Assembly (NCBI RefSeq): GCF_006345805.1
Contig: NC_043003.1
Span: 38,130,001-38,194,000 of the forward strand
Direction of reading: 5' to 3'
DNA length: 64,000 nt
Source: Octopus sinensis
Lineage: Eukaryota
The notes under the pieces were generated by a model. That model was not told the origin of the DNA. It saw only the letters and a list, made by a program, of their open reading frames with translations, and ran no database searches. The translations under genes were made by a program, and so were the position numbers. Within the stretch, counting starts at the first letter, position 1, and the number at the start of each line of letters is the position of its first letter. This document shows, piece by piece, positions 1 to 10,821 of the stretch.

Positions 1-250
1 GATACATATAGATCTACGTATTGAAATGAATTTTTTGAATTTGTTGTCATCACAAAACAACAAATTCAAACATCTTGACTTGCATGTCATCTGCAAATTG
101 TTTAGACATTGTTGTATCACATTCATATACCCGATGAATGCAAAGCTAGGAATGCAGTCTTTCCATATTTGGTACTTATATAGAAAGTCTAGCATTTTCA
201 TATTTGGTACGTGTATATAAAGGGGAGCATTTTTACTCCACCCAAATAGT
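1..250 (-). mobile_element. 5' end fragment of the ORF1-like (L1/Tx1-type) element family also present at 4228-5372, 15216-15470 and 15790-16180
   Basis: Near-identical to 15940-16180 (gtattgaaatgaattttttgaatttgttgtcatcacaaaacaac...aaggggagcatt...cacccaaatagtt) and related to 5150-5370. Confidence 0.5.
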
Positions 251-424
251 TACATACACACACACACACACATATCTATATATTCTTCATCTTTTAGCTT
301 TTATCTGCTTCATTTATTAAATTTTTACCATGCAGTCAATATCTATTCCTGGAATGAAATATGTTTTTTATGTATATATAAATATGTGTGTGTATGTCTG
401 TATACACATGTATGTGTAGGTACA

Positions 425-455
<31 letters not shown>

Positions 456-655
456 GCCAGCGAGCCAGGATCCACCGACAACATATTCGGCAGGAAGAAC
501 TACGCAAAATACCACTAAGCACACACCTAGCTACATGTGAAGAAGGAAAATTTAAGATATTTCCCTTCTACAAGTGTCCGAAGAACGACACCTCCTTCAG
601 GAGAAATATGGAAAAACATTTCATAGCTAAGTTCTCCCCCAAATTAAATGGCTGA
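456..655 (+). mobile_element. Penelope-like element, C-terminal GIY-YIG endonuclease fragment
   Basis: Translation RARIHRQHIRQEELRKIPLSTHLATCEEGKFKIFPFYKCPKNDTSFRRNMEKHFIAKFSPKLNG* has the H..C....F / R...EK.FI.KF.P.LN pattern of Penelope endonuclease C-termini. Confidence 0.7.
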
Positions 656-670
656 AACTTTACTCAACAT

Positions 671-1026
671 ACATTGAAGGACAAATTTTTCGATTTACAA
701 TATGATACAGTGGAACATTTAATATATGTGTGTGTGTGTATATATATATATATAGGTATGTGTGTGTATGTTACCTGTTATATACACTATATTGTTTTTG
801 CAACTTACTTGATCTTTACTTGCCAATTGTCATTCTAATTTTAACCTTCCTATGATATACAATTTTCAAGATGATGTAACTTGATTGTTCATTTTGATTC
901 GATAGAAGGTGGATTTTTCTCTAATGTTTCATGTGTAAGCATGTATATATATATATATAGTGACATTGAAGGACACATCTTTCGATTTACAATCTAATAT
1001 AGTAGAACATTTAGGATATGTCTGTA

Positions 1027-1069
<43 letters not shown>

Positions 1070-1267
1070 GTGTGTGTATAGATATGTGTATTGCCTGTTA
1101 TATACATTATATTATATTATTATCTTTATAATTTACTTCCATCTTTACCCTTTAATTGTCACTTTAATTTTAACTTTCCTATGATATACAATTTTCAAGA
1201 TGGTGTAATTTGGTTATTCATTTTGAACTGATAAAAAGGTTTTTTTCAAATACTTTATGTATAAGTC

Positions 1268-1290
<23 letters not shown>
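671..1290 (+). repeat. Tandem duplication of a ~292-bp unit (Penelope 3' region / pseudo-LTR-like)
   Basis: acattgaaggac...tttcgatttacaat...ttttaac.ttcctatgatatacaattttcaagatg begins at 671 and again at 963. Confidence 0.85.
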
Positions 1291-1312
<22 letters not shown>

Positions 1313-1364
1313 TGGTATAAATATCAACACACAAAAATATTTTTTTCTTCTCCACTTCCTCCCT

Positions 1365-1522
1365 TATTTTTATTTATTTTTTATTTATTTTTTTATATTT
1401 TTTATTTTTTAAATTTTTTTTTATATTTTTATTTATTTTTTATTTTTAATTATTTTTTATTTTTATATTTATTTTTATTTTTCCTTTTCTCTTTCTTTCT
1501 CTCCTTCTCCAAACACAGACAC

Positions 1523-1562
<40 letters not shown>

Positions 1563-1805
1563 CACACACGGACACACACACACCTCCACAAAACGATCAT
1601 AGAAAGTGTGACCCCAAATGACATTTGTCTGGCCAGCCTATGCACAACACACACTCAGTGACATGAGACTGGACAGAGAGCAGAGCCAAATTTCTTAGAA
1701 AACCACAGGAGGTCCAGTAGACCAATGGAATAACAATACTTCTTCTTCCCTATCAGATACAAATGCACACACACACACACACACACACACACACCACACA
1801 CACAT
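1365..1805. repeat. T-rich low-complexity tract and (CA)n microsatellites
   Basis: Direct inspection. Confidence 0.9.
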
Positions 1806-2445
1806 ACACATACACACATGTTTTCTCTGTCTCACTTCCTCTTCACCCTTTTATACTGTCTTATTCCTCCCCACCACTACTAGGAAACTATAAAATGTTC
1901 AAATTACCCACAAGGAATTGATTTGATTTGAAAAGCCCACTCGATTGGGAGAAAGCGCTAATCCGAATGATATGAATCTGAATGATATGATATATATGTA
2001 AAAAATGTAATATATAAATAAATATCTATAAATATGAACCATCCGATCTGATTACCTCATTTTTTCTAATATATAATACCTGTACATCATCTCCAAAACT
2101 TCCAATACATATATTTGGATGTACATGACATCAGAATGGATGGACTAATATCAGATCCACAAACAGAAGATACCAAAAATACAGAAAATATTGAAAGGAA
2201 TGGAACAGAACCAGACCCCAAACAGGCTTATACCAAACACGCAGAAGACCTAACACAAATCTGCCAAATATGCAATGCCGAAATAAACAAGACAGAAACA
2301 CATCTTCAACAGGGAAATACCAGAAGCATGGAAGATCTACTCACAGAAACCTGTAGTAAGTTAAATTCATTTCTCTCAAAAATTGATACGCTCTTTGCAA
2401 ACATTGCTTTAACAATAAATACAATCCAAACACAAAATATTCTCT

Positions 2446-3120
2446 CTAAAAATAATCAATAGCATGATCAGAGTCGCCTAGAGGTTCCTCCGTAGTACAA
2501 TTGATAACCGCTTTAAGAGTTGTGGTGAAGAGCAGGTCCAAGGCGTTGTCGCCTCTTGTTGGAGAGGTGACTACTTGTGACCAGTTTGAGTCCAGTACAA
2601 GCTCAATGAAATCGTTTGCACTCTGTGGCCAATGGAAGGTTTCCCAATTGATCTCAGGATGATTGAAGTCGCCTGCAATAAAAACATAAGTGGCTGTTTT
2701 CCTGGCAGCAGCTCGAAGGATATCGCAAAACTGTGTGTCTTGATGGTAATTTGGGGGACGATAAACAATGCCAAGCAGGAGTGTTGACATGGTCATACGT
2801 ATGTCATAGAAAAAAGCTTCTTCTCGTGATTCGTTCAAATCAGCACAAGGAATTACCGAAAAATTTGAACGAACGTAGACCATCACACCACCACCATGGC
2901 AGTTAATGCTGTCCTTGCGGAAAAGGTTGTACCCAGTAATGTTGAAAACCCCATCACAGAGTAAGGAATGTGCCCATGTTTCCGTGACTGTGATGAAGTC
3001 AGGGTCAATACTTCTGACGTAGGAGTTGAACAGATGTATTTTGTTGCATAAACTGCGAGCATTTAAGGACAACAATTTGTACCCTGCTTGCAGTTTATGA
3101 TGGTGTGTAGAGGATGGCAG
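2446..3120 (-). mobile_element. CR1/L2-like non-LTR retrotransposon ORF2, APE endonuclease domain (truncated before RT)
   Basis: APE motifs SLNARSL, TVTETW, GGGVMVYV, GIVYRPP, IAGDFNHP, PTRGDNALDLLFT, LGDSDH. Confidence 0.9.
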
Positions 3121-3131
3121 GTTGTTCTGGT

Positions 3132-3601
3132 TTAGTTTCCCATAGTTGCTGTAGTTTTTTTTCCATTTTCAGTTATTGTGAGTAGAGAGCACTCAGACCA
3201 GGTGGTTTCTCTCTTCCACGTTTCACCAGTCTTAACAAATCTCCAGATTTGTCCATCCTCACGAAGACTGAAACTTTCTTGCAGAGCTGAGTTCCGGTTC
3301 AGGGAAGCTGCTACACGTAGCTTCGGACGTACATCGGGTGGTAAGCCTGGGCTTGTTTGGAAGGTAGTCCGATTTTCACGCCCAGCTTTAACTGAGGCCA
3401 GATGGTATGAGGTTGCCTCAGCATTGTCTGAAAAAGACAGCTTGATGAGCCTGGTTTTTGGGCCAGGTCGTCCAAGGTGGAGAACACCCATTCGGGGAAC
3501 GCAGCCTAGGTCTTTGGCTGAGTTGGAGGAAATGCCTGAAGATTAACCATGTCTTCTGGTACCCCAATGGCAATAACTTCGTGGGTAGCAGAATCCGCGT
3601 T
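3132..3601 (-). mobile_element. ORF1 C-terminal part of the same CR1/L2-like element (frameshifted)
   Basis: VIAIGVPED...LHLGRPGPKTRLIKLSF motifs typical of CR1/L2 ORF1; lies immediately upstream of the APE frame on the same strand. Confidence 0.6.
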
Positions 3602-4200
3602 CTTTAAGGAAGCCCTTGTGAGAGGATGGGTACCTGTAAGAAGAAATTTAAGTGACTGTGGTGGATCCCTAGGTGTAGGTAGTTTTACCTCTCCATTTGA
3701 ACAGCACAATCCCGCTGTTTCACCTATCCATTTTTTAGCACTGCAAAATTGACAAGTTTTAGACATGCCGCCAATCTGATTGTGAGGGTGGTCTGCATAA
3801 TCATTAGTGGGAACATAAGTGAAAGCCTTCAATGACCATTGGGATTTTATTGCTCTCGAAATACCTTGCCTATTGGCTTTGTACTGAGAAACATCCCCCT
3901 AGTCGATTGGATCTGTTATCTGGTGTCGCTGCAGCTCTGGCAGATGCAGTAGAAGCAGCGTCTCTGCTCAGATGCAGCTCACATTGAGCATCGTTCTCTG
4001 CAGCTCTGGCAAATGCCGTAGAGGCAGCATTTCTATTCAGATGTAGTTCATGTTGTGCATCGTTCTCAGCAGCTGCAGCCTTTCGGTCTAAACGAAGTCT
4101 ATGCTGACTATTTTTATCTGCAGCTTGTACATCTGCATTAATTGTTGCATTTCCATTGTTCTGATGTGGAACATTTTCATTATCCAGCATTTCATTAATA
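3602..4200 (-). mobile_element. Helitron RepHel N-terminal fragment (copy B): low-complexity repeats plus Cys-rich zinc-finger region
   Basis: ARAAENDAQxELHL repeats then MSKTCQFCSAKKWIGETAGLCCSNGEVKLPTPRDPPQSLKFLLTG, the Helitron CxxC.A.KW..E..G.CC.NG.V.LP motif. Confidence 0.85.
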
Positions 4201-4227
4201 GAGTGATGACCTGAAGTTATTTATGGT

Positions 4228-5372
4228 TTAAAATAAAAGAAATTGAGCCTCAAAAAAAAAAAAATAACATGGAAAAACCTTATTTGCCATCTTATGATAG
4301 TTATGTGATAATGTTATACAATTGGATAATGTTATACAATTGGGAATGTTATACAATTGGAGAAGGAATTGGATTGATTTTCCCACCCAGTCTTTTTGTC
4401 CTAGAACAGCGATTTCAAGGATTTTTGTCTCTACCATTTCAAAGCAGATGGCAGAGACTAACCATTGTATTTCAACATCAGGTGGTACATTTTTTATTTG
4501 GACTTTCGTCAGTCTCTGGTTTAAATAGATTGGTATCGTTACCAAGTCGTCTGAATGCAGCTCCAATGTGGAGAATCGTTTTGCTAAATTTTCGTTGAGG
4601 AAACGTACTTGGACTGTACCAAATTTATTTCCCCAACTGATATACTCCTTAGAGTCCCATGTAGGACGAAGGCATTTTTCAATTTTTTGCTGCGGTGCAT
4701 TTTCTGGTCGTTTTGTTTTCTTGTTGATGACTTTGTAGATTATTGTTTTTTTTTGTGTGTTTTCCACGATGTGTTGTGGAATGTGAAGATGCAATTTGTC
4801 TCCTTCTTTGGTGAAGAGTGCTTTTGTGAGGTTTATTTCCTGTGTGGTGAATTTTACGATTGTTCGTTTTTGTTTTGTCGCATCCGTGAAGTTCATTTTA
4901 ATATTGGCGGTGTTAGCAGCAGAAGGGTTGGTTGTAGCAGTTGAAGTCGTGGTCATGGTAGTGGTGTTGGTGTTGGCAGTGTTGTCTTTGGTAGGCAACT
5001 TTGAACTTTTGTCAGCACCATTATGTACCAGAGAGATTCTGGTATTTCTTAAAACATCAACAGAATGACTGCAATTAGAATCCCCAGGAAAAGCAGGGGC
5101 TAGACTGATGTTTCCGGTTCTTGATGCGTCAGCTTTAAAGCCTTTTGTTGTTGTATTCTTACTTTTTGTCTCGAAATCAATTTTTGCCATTTCGAAATTA
5201 TTGTCATAAACCAACTAAGTTGAATATTCTGACTTACTCCAGATTGTGGATACATAACTCATATGCATAACTTATTGGCACGGATATCAAGGAATGCAGT
5301 ATTTTCATATTTGGTATTTCTATCGTAAGGGTGAAATTTTCTCTCCATTGAAGTTGTGAAAACTATATATCT
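4228..5372 (-). mobile_element. L1/Tx1-like non-LTR retrotransposon 5' UTR and ORF1 (gag-like, 328-aa ORF 4228-5214, degenerate 3' end)
   Basis: FGTVQVRF...LAKRFST...IPIYLNQRLTKVQIKNVPPDV resembles RRM-like ORF1 segments. ORF decays at an 18-bp triple repeat (aatgttatacaattgg) at ~4310-4362. No zinc knuckle seen. Confidence 0.55.
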
Positions 5373-5382
5373 GTGAAATATA

Positions 5383-6255
5383 CTAGCAGTGTAGCCCGGT
5401 GTTGCTCTGGTTTGTTTTTTAGTTGCACTTAAAACAGCAGACTTTGATGTCACGTTAACACAGCTTTGACATAGTTTCAATCTACGAATAAAAGTATAGT
5501 GTGACGATGCTCGAGTTTGCTCTGAATGTGCTGCAAATGTGTAATACCGACTTCAGTTGTTGGTATTGTTGGCTAAAATTCCTTCTATTAACATTATTCC
5601 ATAGGAGCTGATTCCAAAGCGTATTTAAAGCTCTGAATGTAGCTGTTGTCCTGTGAAGCATTTCTTGCAGTTCAAGAAGGGGGCCGATTCTAGCTTGCAG
5701 TTTAGTTGAGTATTTATCGTTTTCATCTGTGAAGGCAAATAAATTTTGCCTTGCTGCTTGTTGAAAGCTGTCTGAAATAAAGTATAGCTGGAGAAATTGC
5801 AGTGGATTATTATCAACAGGCTGCAGAGAGCCGATAAAATGATGCACCTGACCATGAACTTTAAAAGTTGGTATAAATTCCTTATCAAATTTATAACCGG
5901 ATCCAAATGGGTTCATCTGGAAGGCACAATTGTAATGTCGGATACCTTTAAGGAAGGCCCTTGAGAGAGGATGGGTACGTGTAAGAAGAAATTTAAGTGG
6001 CTGTGGTGGATCCCTAGGTGTAGGTAGTTATACCTTTCCATTTGAATAGCACAATCCCGCTGGTTTACCTATCTATTTTTTAGCACTGCAAAATTACGTT
6101 TTAGACATGCCGCCAATCTGATTGTGAGGGTGGTCTGCATAATCATTAGTGGGAACATAAGTGAAAGCCTTCAATGACCATTGTGATTTTATTGCTCTTG
6201 AAATACCTTGCCTATTGGCTTTGTACTGAGAAACATCCCCCAAGTCGATTGGATC
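5383..6255 (-). mobile_element. Helitron deletion derivative (copy A): Rep N-terminal fragment joined to a Helitron 3' end
   Basis: Encodes FQMNPFG...FIPTFKVHGQVHHFIGSLQP...FLQLYF (Helitron_like_N). Minus strand ends ccagagcaacaccgggctacactgCTAG|T at 5383. 5946-6255 duplicates 3602-3913. Confidence 0.9.
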
Positions 6256-6495
6256 GTATTTAGCCCCTTGTGGGTAGTAAAGAAATATATATATCGGGGT
6301 GACATTGCTTGCTTTATCCAAGAAACAAATGATCTGAAGAGCCCCAAAAGTATGACGAGTGTTGGAATAAAATAAAATTCATTACCTGAAAAACATGGGT
6401 TGGTGACAGGAAGAGCCTCCATCCTTAGAAAGTTTCATTCTAACCCATGCCAAACATGGAACAAAAAACAAATATCAGATGAAAAATAAGGATAC

Positions 6496-6719
6496 CTGTT
6501 TAAGAATATCTCCAAGAGACATACATTCTTTGTTTGGTTTAGAATCTGAATCACTTGTCTTTAGAGCAGGTGGTGGTGGTGGAGGCGGTGCTACTGCTCG
6601 TAGCACTGGTGGTATTGGTGGTGGTGGTGGCGGCGGAACTGAAGTTCTTGGTAAATGTGCTTTTGATGTTGGTGACACTGTAGAATGATTTGATGTCCCT
6701 TCTGATTTGAAAGCTGTGG
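6496..6719 (-). CDS. Internal exon of a proline-rich, probably actin-regulatory protein (polyproline followed by possible WH2 start)
   Basis: Acceptor ttttttacctccctttgtAG|, donor CAG|GTatcc. Phase 1 in, phase 0 out. Encodes TAFKSEG...VPPPPPPPIPPVLRAVAPPPPPPPALKTSDSDSKPNKECMSLGDILKQ. Confidence 0.7.
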
Positions 6720-6775
6720 CTACAAAGGGAGGTAAAAAATAAACATAACAGCACACATTTTTTTAATTTATTAAA

Positions 6776-6855
6776 ATTTAGCAGAAGCAACAGAGTTTGA
6801 TAAGTACTAGTACACAAAACTCTGTCCTTGAGTCACTCTGTTGCTTCTGCTAAAT
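6776..6855. repeat. Perfect 21-bp inverted repeat with a 38-nt loop
   Basis: atttagcagaagcaacagagt (6776-6796) is the exact reverse complement of actctgttgcttctgctaaat (6835-6855). Confidence 0.95.
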
Positions 6856-6859
6856 ATTG

Positions 6860-7370
6860 ATTTCAAAATTTGGCACAAGACCAAACCAAGAGGAGGTAAG
6901 TCGATCACATCAACCTCAATATTTGACTAGAACTTAATTAATCAACCCCAAAGGAATAAAAGACAAAGTCGACCTAGGCGGAATTTGAACTCAGAATGCA
7001 AAGGCAGACAAAATGAAGCTAAACATCTGGCCCGGCATGCAAACAATTCTGCCAGCTCACCACCCTGCTTCTGTTAAACATCATCATCAACGTCTGCTTT
7101 CTATGCTGGCATGGGTTGGACGGTTTGACTGAGAAATGGCAAGCTGAGAGGCTGCACCAGGCTCCAATCTGATTTGACAAGGTTTCTACTGCTGGATGCC
7201 TTTCCTAACACCAACCACCCAGAGAGTGTAGTGGGTGCTTTTACGTGCCACCAGCATGGCAGTCAGTCAAGCGGCACTGGCATCAGTCACAGTTGAATGG
7301 TACTTTGTACGTGCCAGTCAGACAGCACTGGTATCAGCCACACTCAAATGGTGCTTTTTACATACCAATA
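6860..7370 (-). mobile_element. Degraded tRNA-derived SINE (6860-7060) and RTE 3'-tail repeat (7080-7370)
   Basis: gtcgacctaggcggaatttgaactcagaa SINE motif; catcatcatcaacgtc...ggatgcctttcctaacaccaaccac RTE-tail motif. Confidence 0.75.
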
Positions 7371-7429
7371 AAAGGAATACATACTTATGTTTTGAGTTCT
7401 ATTTTTTCTATTTGCATCACCAAACCTAT

Positions 7430-7462
<33 letters not shown>

Positions 7463-7484
7463 CAGCAGAAGCAACAGAGTTTGT

Positions 7485-7852
7485 AAGATGTGGTGCAAGT
7501 TGACCAAGATTGAGAGTATGATAGAAGAAAGCTTGCTCTTCATTCCGTAGAAGAAAAAATTCAAATCAGACCATGTTAAGACCAAAAATTATTTACATCA
7601 AAAAGGTGCTTTTTTTTCTATGAAAATCCCTATTTTTTTTTACAATTTTTTGACTGCTGTGTCGACATTATCTCTGTGTATTTCAACCAGAAAAATGTTC
7701 ACTTAAAGAGAATAACAAGCTACATAATGCAAAATTTTTACTTTTCAAAAAAGATCGAAACTATGTCAAAACTTTGTTAACGCAACATCAAAGTCTGCCG
7801 TTTTAAGCGCAACTAAAAAACAAACCCGAGCAACGCCGGGCTATACTGCTAG
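7485..7852 (+). mobile_element. Non-autonomous Helitron (5'-truncated)
   Basis: Ends cccgagcaacgccgggctatactgCTAG|T. Body matches 32095-32330; last ~95 bp match the coding Helitron end at 5383-5480. Confidence 0.85.
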
Positions 7853-8104
7853 TATATACATATATGCTGCAATACCATTACTTTTATCTCTTCCTTGCTC
7901 CAATCACTCTCACCACCTCTTCTGAAATGTAAGTAGTTACGTATATCCTCTACAGTAAAAGCAATTCGTCTCTTCTGGTTTCTTCATTGATACTTTAACC
8001 CCTTTATCGAGGGTGGAAGGGTGGCCTATCTGACAATCAAAGACTTGGTTTTTGTCTTCTGTTATAATTCAATTTTTATCTTAATTAGTTTTGTAGGAAT
8101 GGCT

Positions 8105-8495
8105 TAACCAGTTAGCAGTTAAACAGGCCATACCCAGTCCAAATATTCTGTATGTTTTATGTTCAAATTGGCCAGATCTGCCTCTCATATCTATCCTACA
8201 GGGGACAACTGAGCCATTGGTCAATCAGGCACAGCCTGAGGGTCCAGAGCTCAGAGAGGCCAGCACTCTACACGTTAACTCTACTAAATCAATGCTAAAG
8301 GGCCTGATAAACAGTTTGACTCAGGGCCCTTAATTCTCTTAGTCCACCCCTGCTATCCTTCAATGCCATTCTAAAAATAAACAATCAGATCATCAAAATC
8401 TTGAAGCTACCAGATAATGCATAATTAAATTCAAAGCAATGTGAATTAATAAGCATTACATTTGACAGAATAACCTGAATACTGAAGGGTTAAAT
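8105..8495. mobile_element. piggyBac-type (TTAA) MITE interrupted by a hAT-like MITE
   Basis: Reverse-orientation relative of 17734-17962; ends tgaagggTTAA. Confidence 0.65.
8199..8352. mobile_element. hAT-like MITE, 154 bp
   Basis: Imperfect TIRs caggggacaact / agtccacccctg; 8-bp TSD ctatccta / ctatcctt. Confidence 0.7.
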
Positions 8496-8589
8496 TAGCC
8501 TCAATATTTGATTAATTTGTTATTTTATTAAATAGGAAACGGGGTTTGAACTCAGGATATAATGGTCATAACCAAATATTGCTGACCCA

Positions 8590-9040
8590 GCCCATCCAAA
8601 TTGCCTTGGATCGCAGGACGGCCTGCTGTGCTTACCTTGGATCGTAGGGCAACCTGCTGTGCTTGAGGAGACCTATTGAGTTAAGTACATCAACATCAAA
8701 AAGTCAAATGGAAATTGTAGTTGTGATACCTGTGTCGGTAGCACATAAAAAGCACCATCCGAACATGGCCGTTGCCAGCGCCGCCTCGACTGGCCTCCAT
8801 GCCGGTGACACGTAAAAAGCACCAACCGATTGTGGCCGTTGCCAGCCTCACCTGGCACGTAAAAAGCACCCACTACACTCACGGAGTGGTTGGCGTTAGG
8901 TAGGGCATCCAGCTTTAGAAACACTGCCAGACCAGACTGGAGCCTGGGGCAGCCCCTGGCTCCCCAGACCCCGGTCGAAACCGTCCAACCCGTGCTAGCG
9001 CGGAAAACGGACGTTAAACGACGATGATGATGATGATGAT
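8590..9040 (+). mobile_element. RTE LINE 3' UTR (5'-truncated copy)
   Basis: Same sequence family as 14560-15213; ends ggacgttaaacgacgatgatgatgatgatgat. Confidence 0.85.
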
Positions 9041-9099
9041 CCGAAAAAGGGCTTTGTCAAAAATTAGAATTGTGATGTGGGTGTGTGTATGGCCACGAG

Positions 9100-9420
9100 T
9101 TAGTTAGTTAGTTAGTTAGTTAGTTAATTGGCTCAAAAGCAAATAGCAAGGCCATGTAGGGGGACATGGAGTTAAGTACAGTGTGTGTGTGAGTGAGCGT
9201 ATGTTTGTGCTTGAACACACACGAGTGTATGTGTATGTATACACTTGAACTTGTGTTTGTGCACTGGCATCTCTATATATGTGTCAATGTATGAGGTTGC
9301 ACGGCTTGTATACATAGTCTTTCTTTTTTTCCTATTCCGTTTTTCTCCCCAACCCTCCTTTGTTCCTTTTTCTTTTTTCCTTTTTTTCCTTCCCTTTTTC
9401 CTTTCTCTCTCTCCTACTTT
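9100..9420 (-). mobile_element. Probable LINE 3' end with (CTAA)n tail
   Basis: (gtta)n tract at ~9098-9126 followed by a purine-rich minus-strand region; no coding motif recognised. Confidence 0.35.
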
Positions 9421-9515
9421 CTAAAGGGCCAATCAAACAAGTCCATTTTTAAAGGTGTATAGCCGTTATTTCTAAAGGGCCAATCAAACAAGTCCATTTT
9501 TTAAAGGTGTAGCGT
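9421..9515. repeat. 51-bp tandem duplication
   Basis: ctaaagggccaatcaaacaagtccattttt(t)aaaggtgta at 9421 and 9472. Confidence 0.9.
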
Positions 9516-9710
9516 TTGTAATAGTCTGAATAGAATTCACATATCGGTTCCATTCTAGCAAAAACTGTCCGACGAGCGGAAACGGGAAACTCAGAGTAAC
9601 AGGTTTTGTTGAATTTTCTGCTGCTTTAAATAAAGCATATTACTCTACCACTGGTATTTGAGTACTCTTTTTTCCACCTTGTTTCACATTTATGTGTTTA
9701 CTCCGGTATA

Positions 9711-10081
9711 TCTCTCTATATATAAACGGCAGTTTGTCTGTGTGTGTTTCTGTGTGTCTGTTTGGTTGTACCCTCACCCTGATCACGGCTTTCAACCGAT
9801 TCTGATAAAACTTGACACACACATAGCCCAATGTCATAATTCAAAACTAACGCAGCGAAAATTTTGAAAAGTTCCCCCAGTTCTGAAAAAAATCGATAAA
9901 TTCGACATGGGGTCGAGAATCAGAAACACAAACCACAGACTGTCTAGGGGACGCAACTCGACCTTTTTAACTAAAAAAAAAAAATTTACCATTTTTTTTC
10001 CATTTTTTGGCTATAACTCTCTAAAAATGTTTTATAGTTATTTCCCTTACAAACCCGAGCAACGCCGGGCGATACTGCTAG
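9711..10081 (+). mobile_element. Complete non-autonomous Helitron, 371 bp
   Basis: A|TCtctctatatataaacggcag start, subterminal hairpin cccg-agcaacgc-cggg, CTAG|T end; A-T insertion without TSD. Confidence 0.92.
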
Positions 10082-10115
10082 TATATATATAAATGATTGT
10101 ATGTATATATGTGGA

Positions 10116-10821
10116 TCACACTTTTCGATTCAAATTGTTGCTGTCAACTTCTTCCGAAAAATGAATTCCAGCTAAGCAATATTTAATTTAATTCAGCCCG
10201 TATCTACCAGAAATATTTCTATGCAATTGATTGATCTTTGGTTTCCCCTGTTTATCTCTATTTATGTTATGACTTTTACTTTGTTTATTTCAGCCTCACC
10301 TCATGTTATATATATGTATAATTCATTAGTTCTTCTCAATATATCGTTGTCTCTCTCATGTCTTGTGTTAAATATATAGTCCTATAGCTCGCCCCCTAAT
10401 TTTATCGATCAGCCTCACGTCTCGTTAAATATAGAATAAATATTTTTATAATTTTATAGCTCCTTATTTTATACCTACTGATAAGTTTTCCTTTCCAGTG
10501 GCGCCCACACATGGCTGCTAGTTTTCCTCTTCACATTGTCTTTCTATCTCTTTCGATCGCCACTCAACTTCCCCTTCACCACCACCCTATATACATTTCA
10601 CGCTAGCCCCGGAAATAATGGTCACACTTTTCGATTCAAATTGTTGCTGTCAACTTCGTCCGAAAAATGAATTCCAGCTAAGCAATATTTAATTTAATTC
10701 AGCTCGTATCTACCAGAAATATTTCTATGCAATTGATTGATCTTTAGTTTCCCCTGTTTATCTCTATTTATGTTATGACTCTTACTTTGTTTATTTCAGC
10801 CTCGCTTCGTGTTATATATAT
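10116..10821. repeat. ~200-bp direct repeat (10116-10316 and 10622-10821)
   Basis: tcacacttttcgattcaaattgttgctgtcaac...gttatatata present twice, offset 506 bp. Confidence 0.9.

Noticed and set aside
2446-4200. A canonical helentron
   Set aside because: The APE follows a LINE ORF1-like region and a Rep N-terminus, not the helicase C-terminus.
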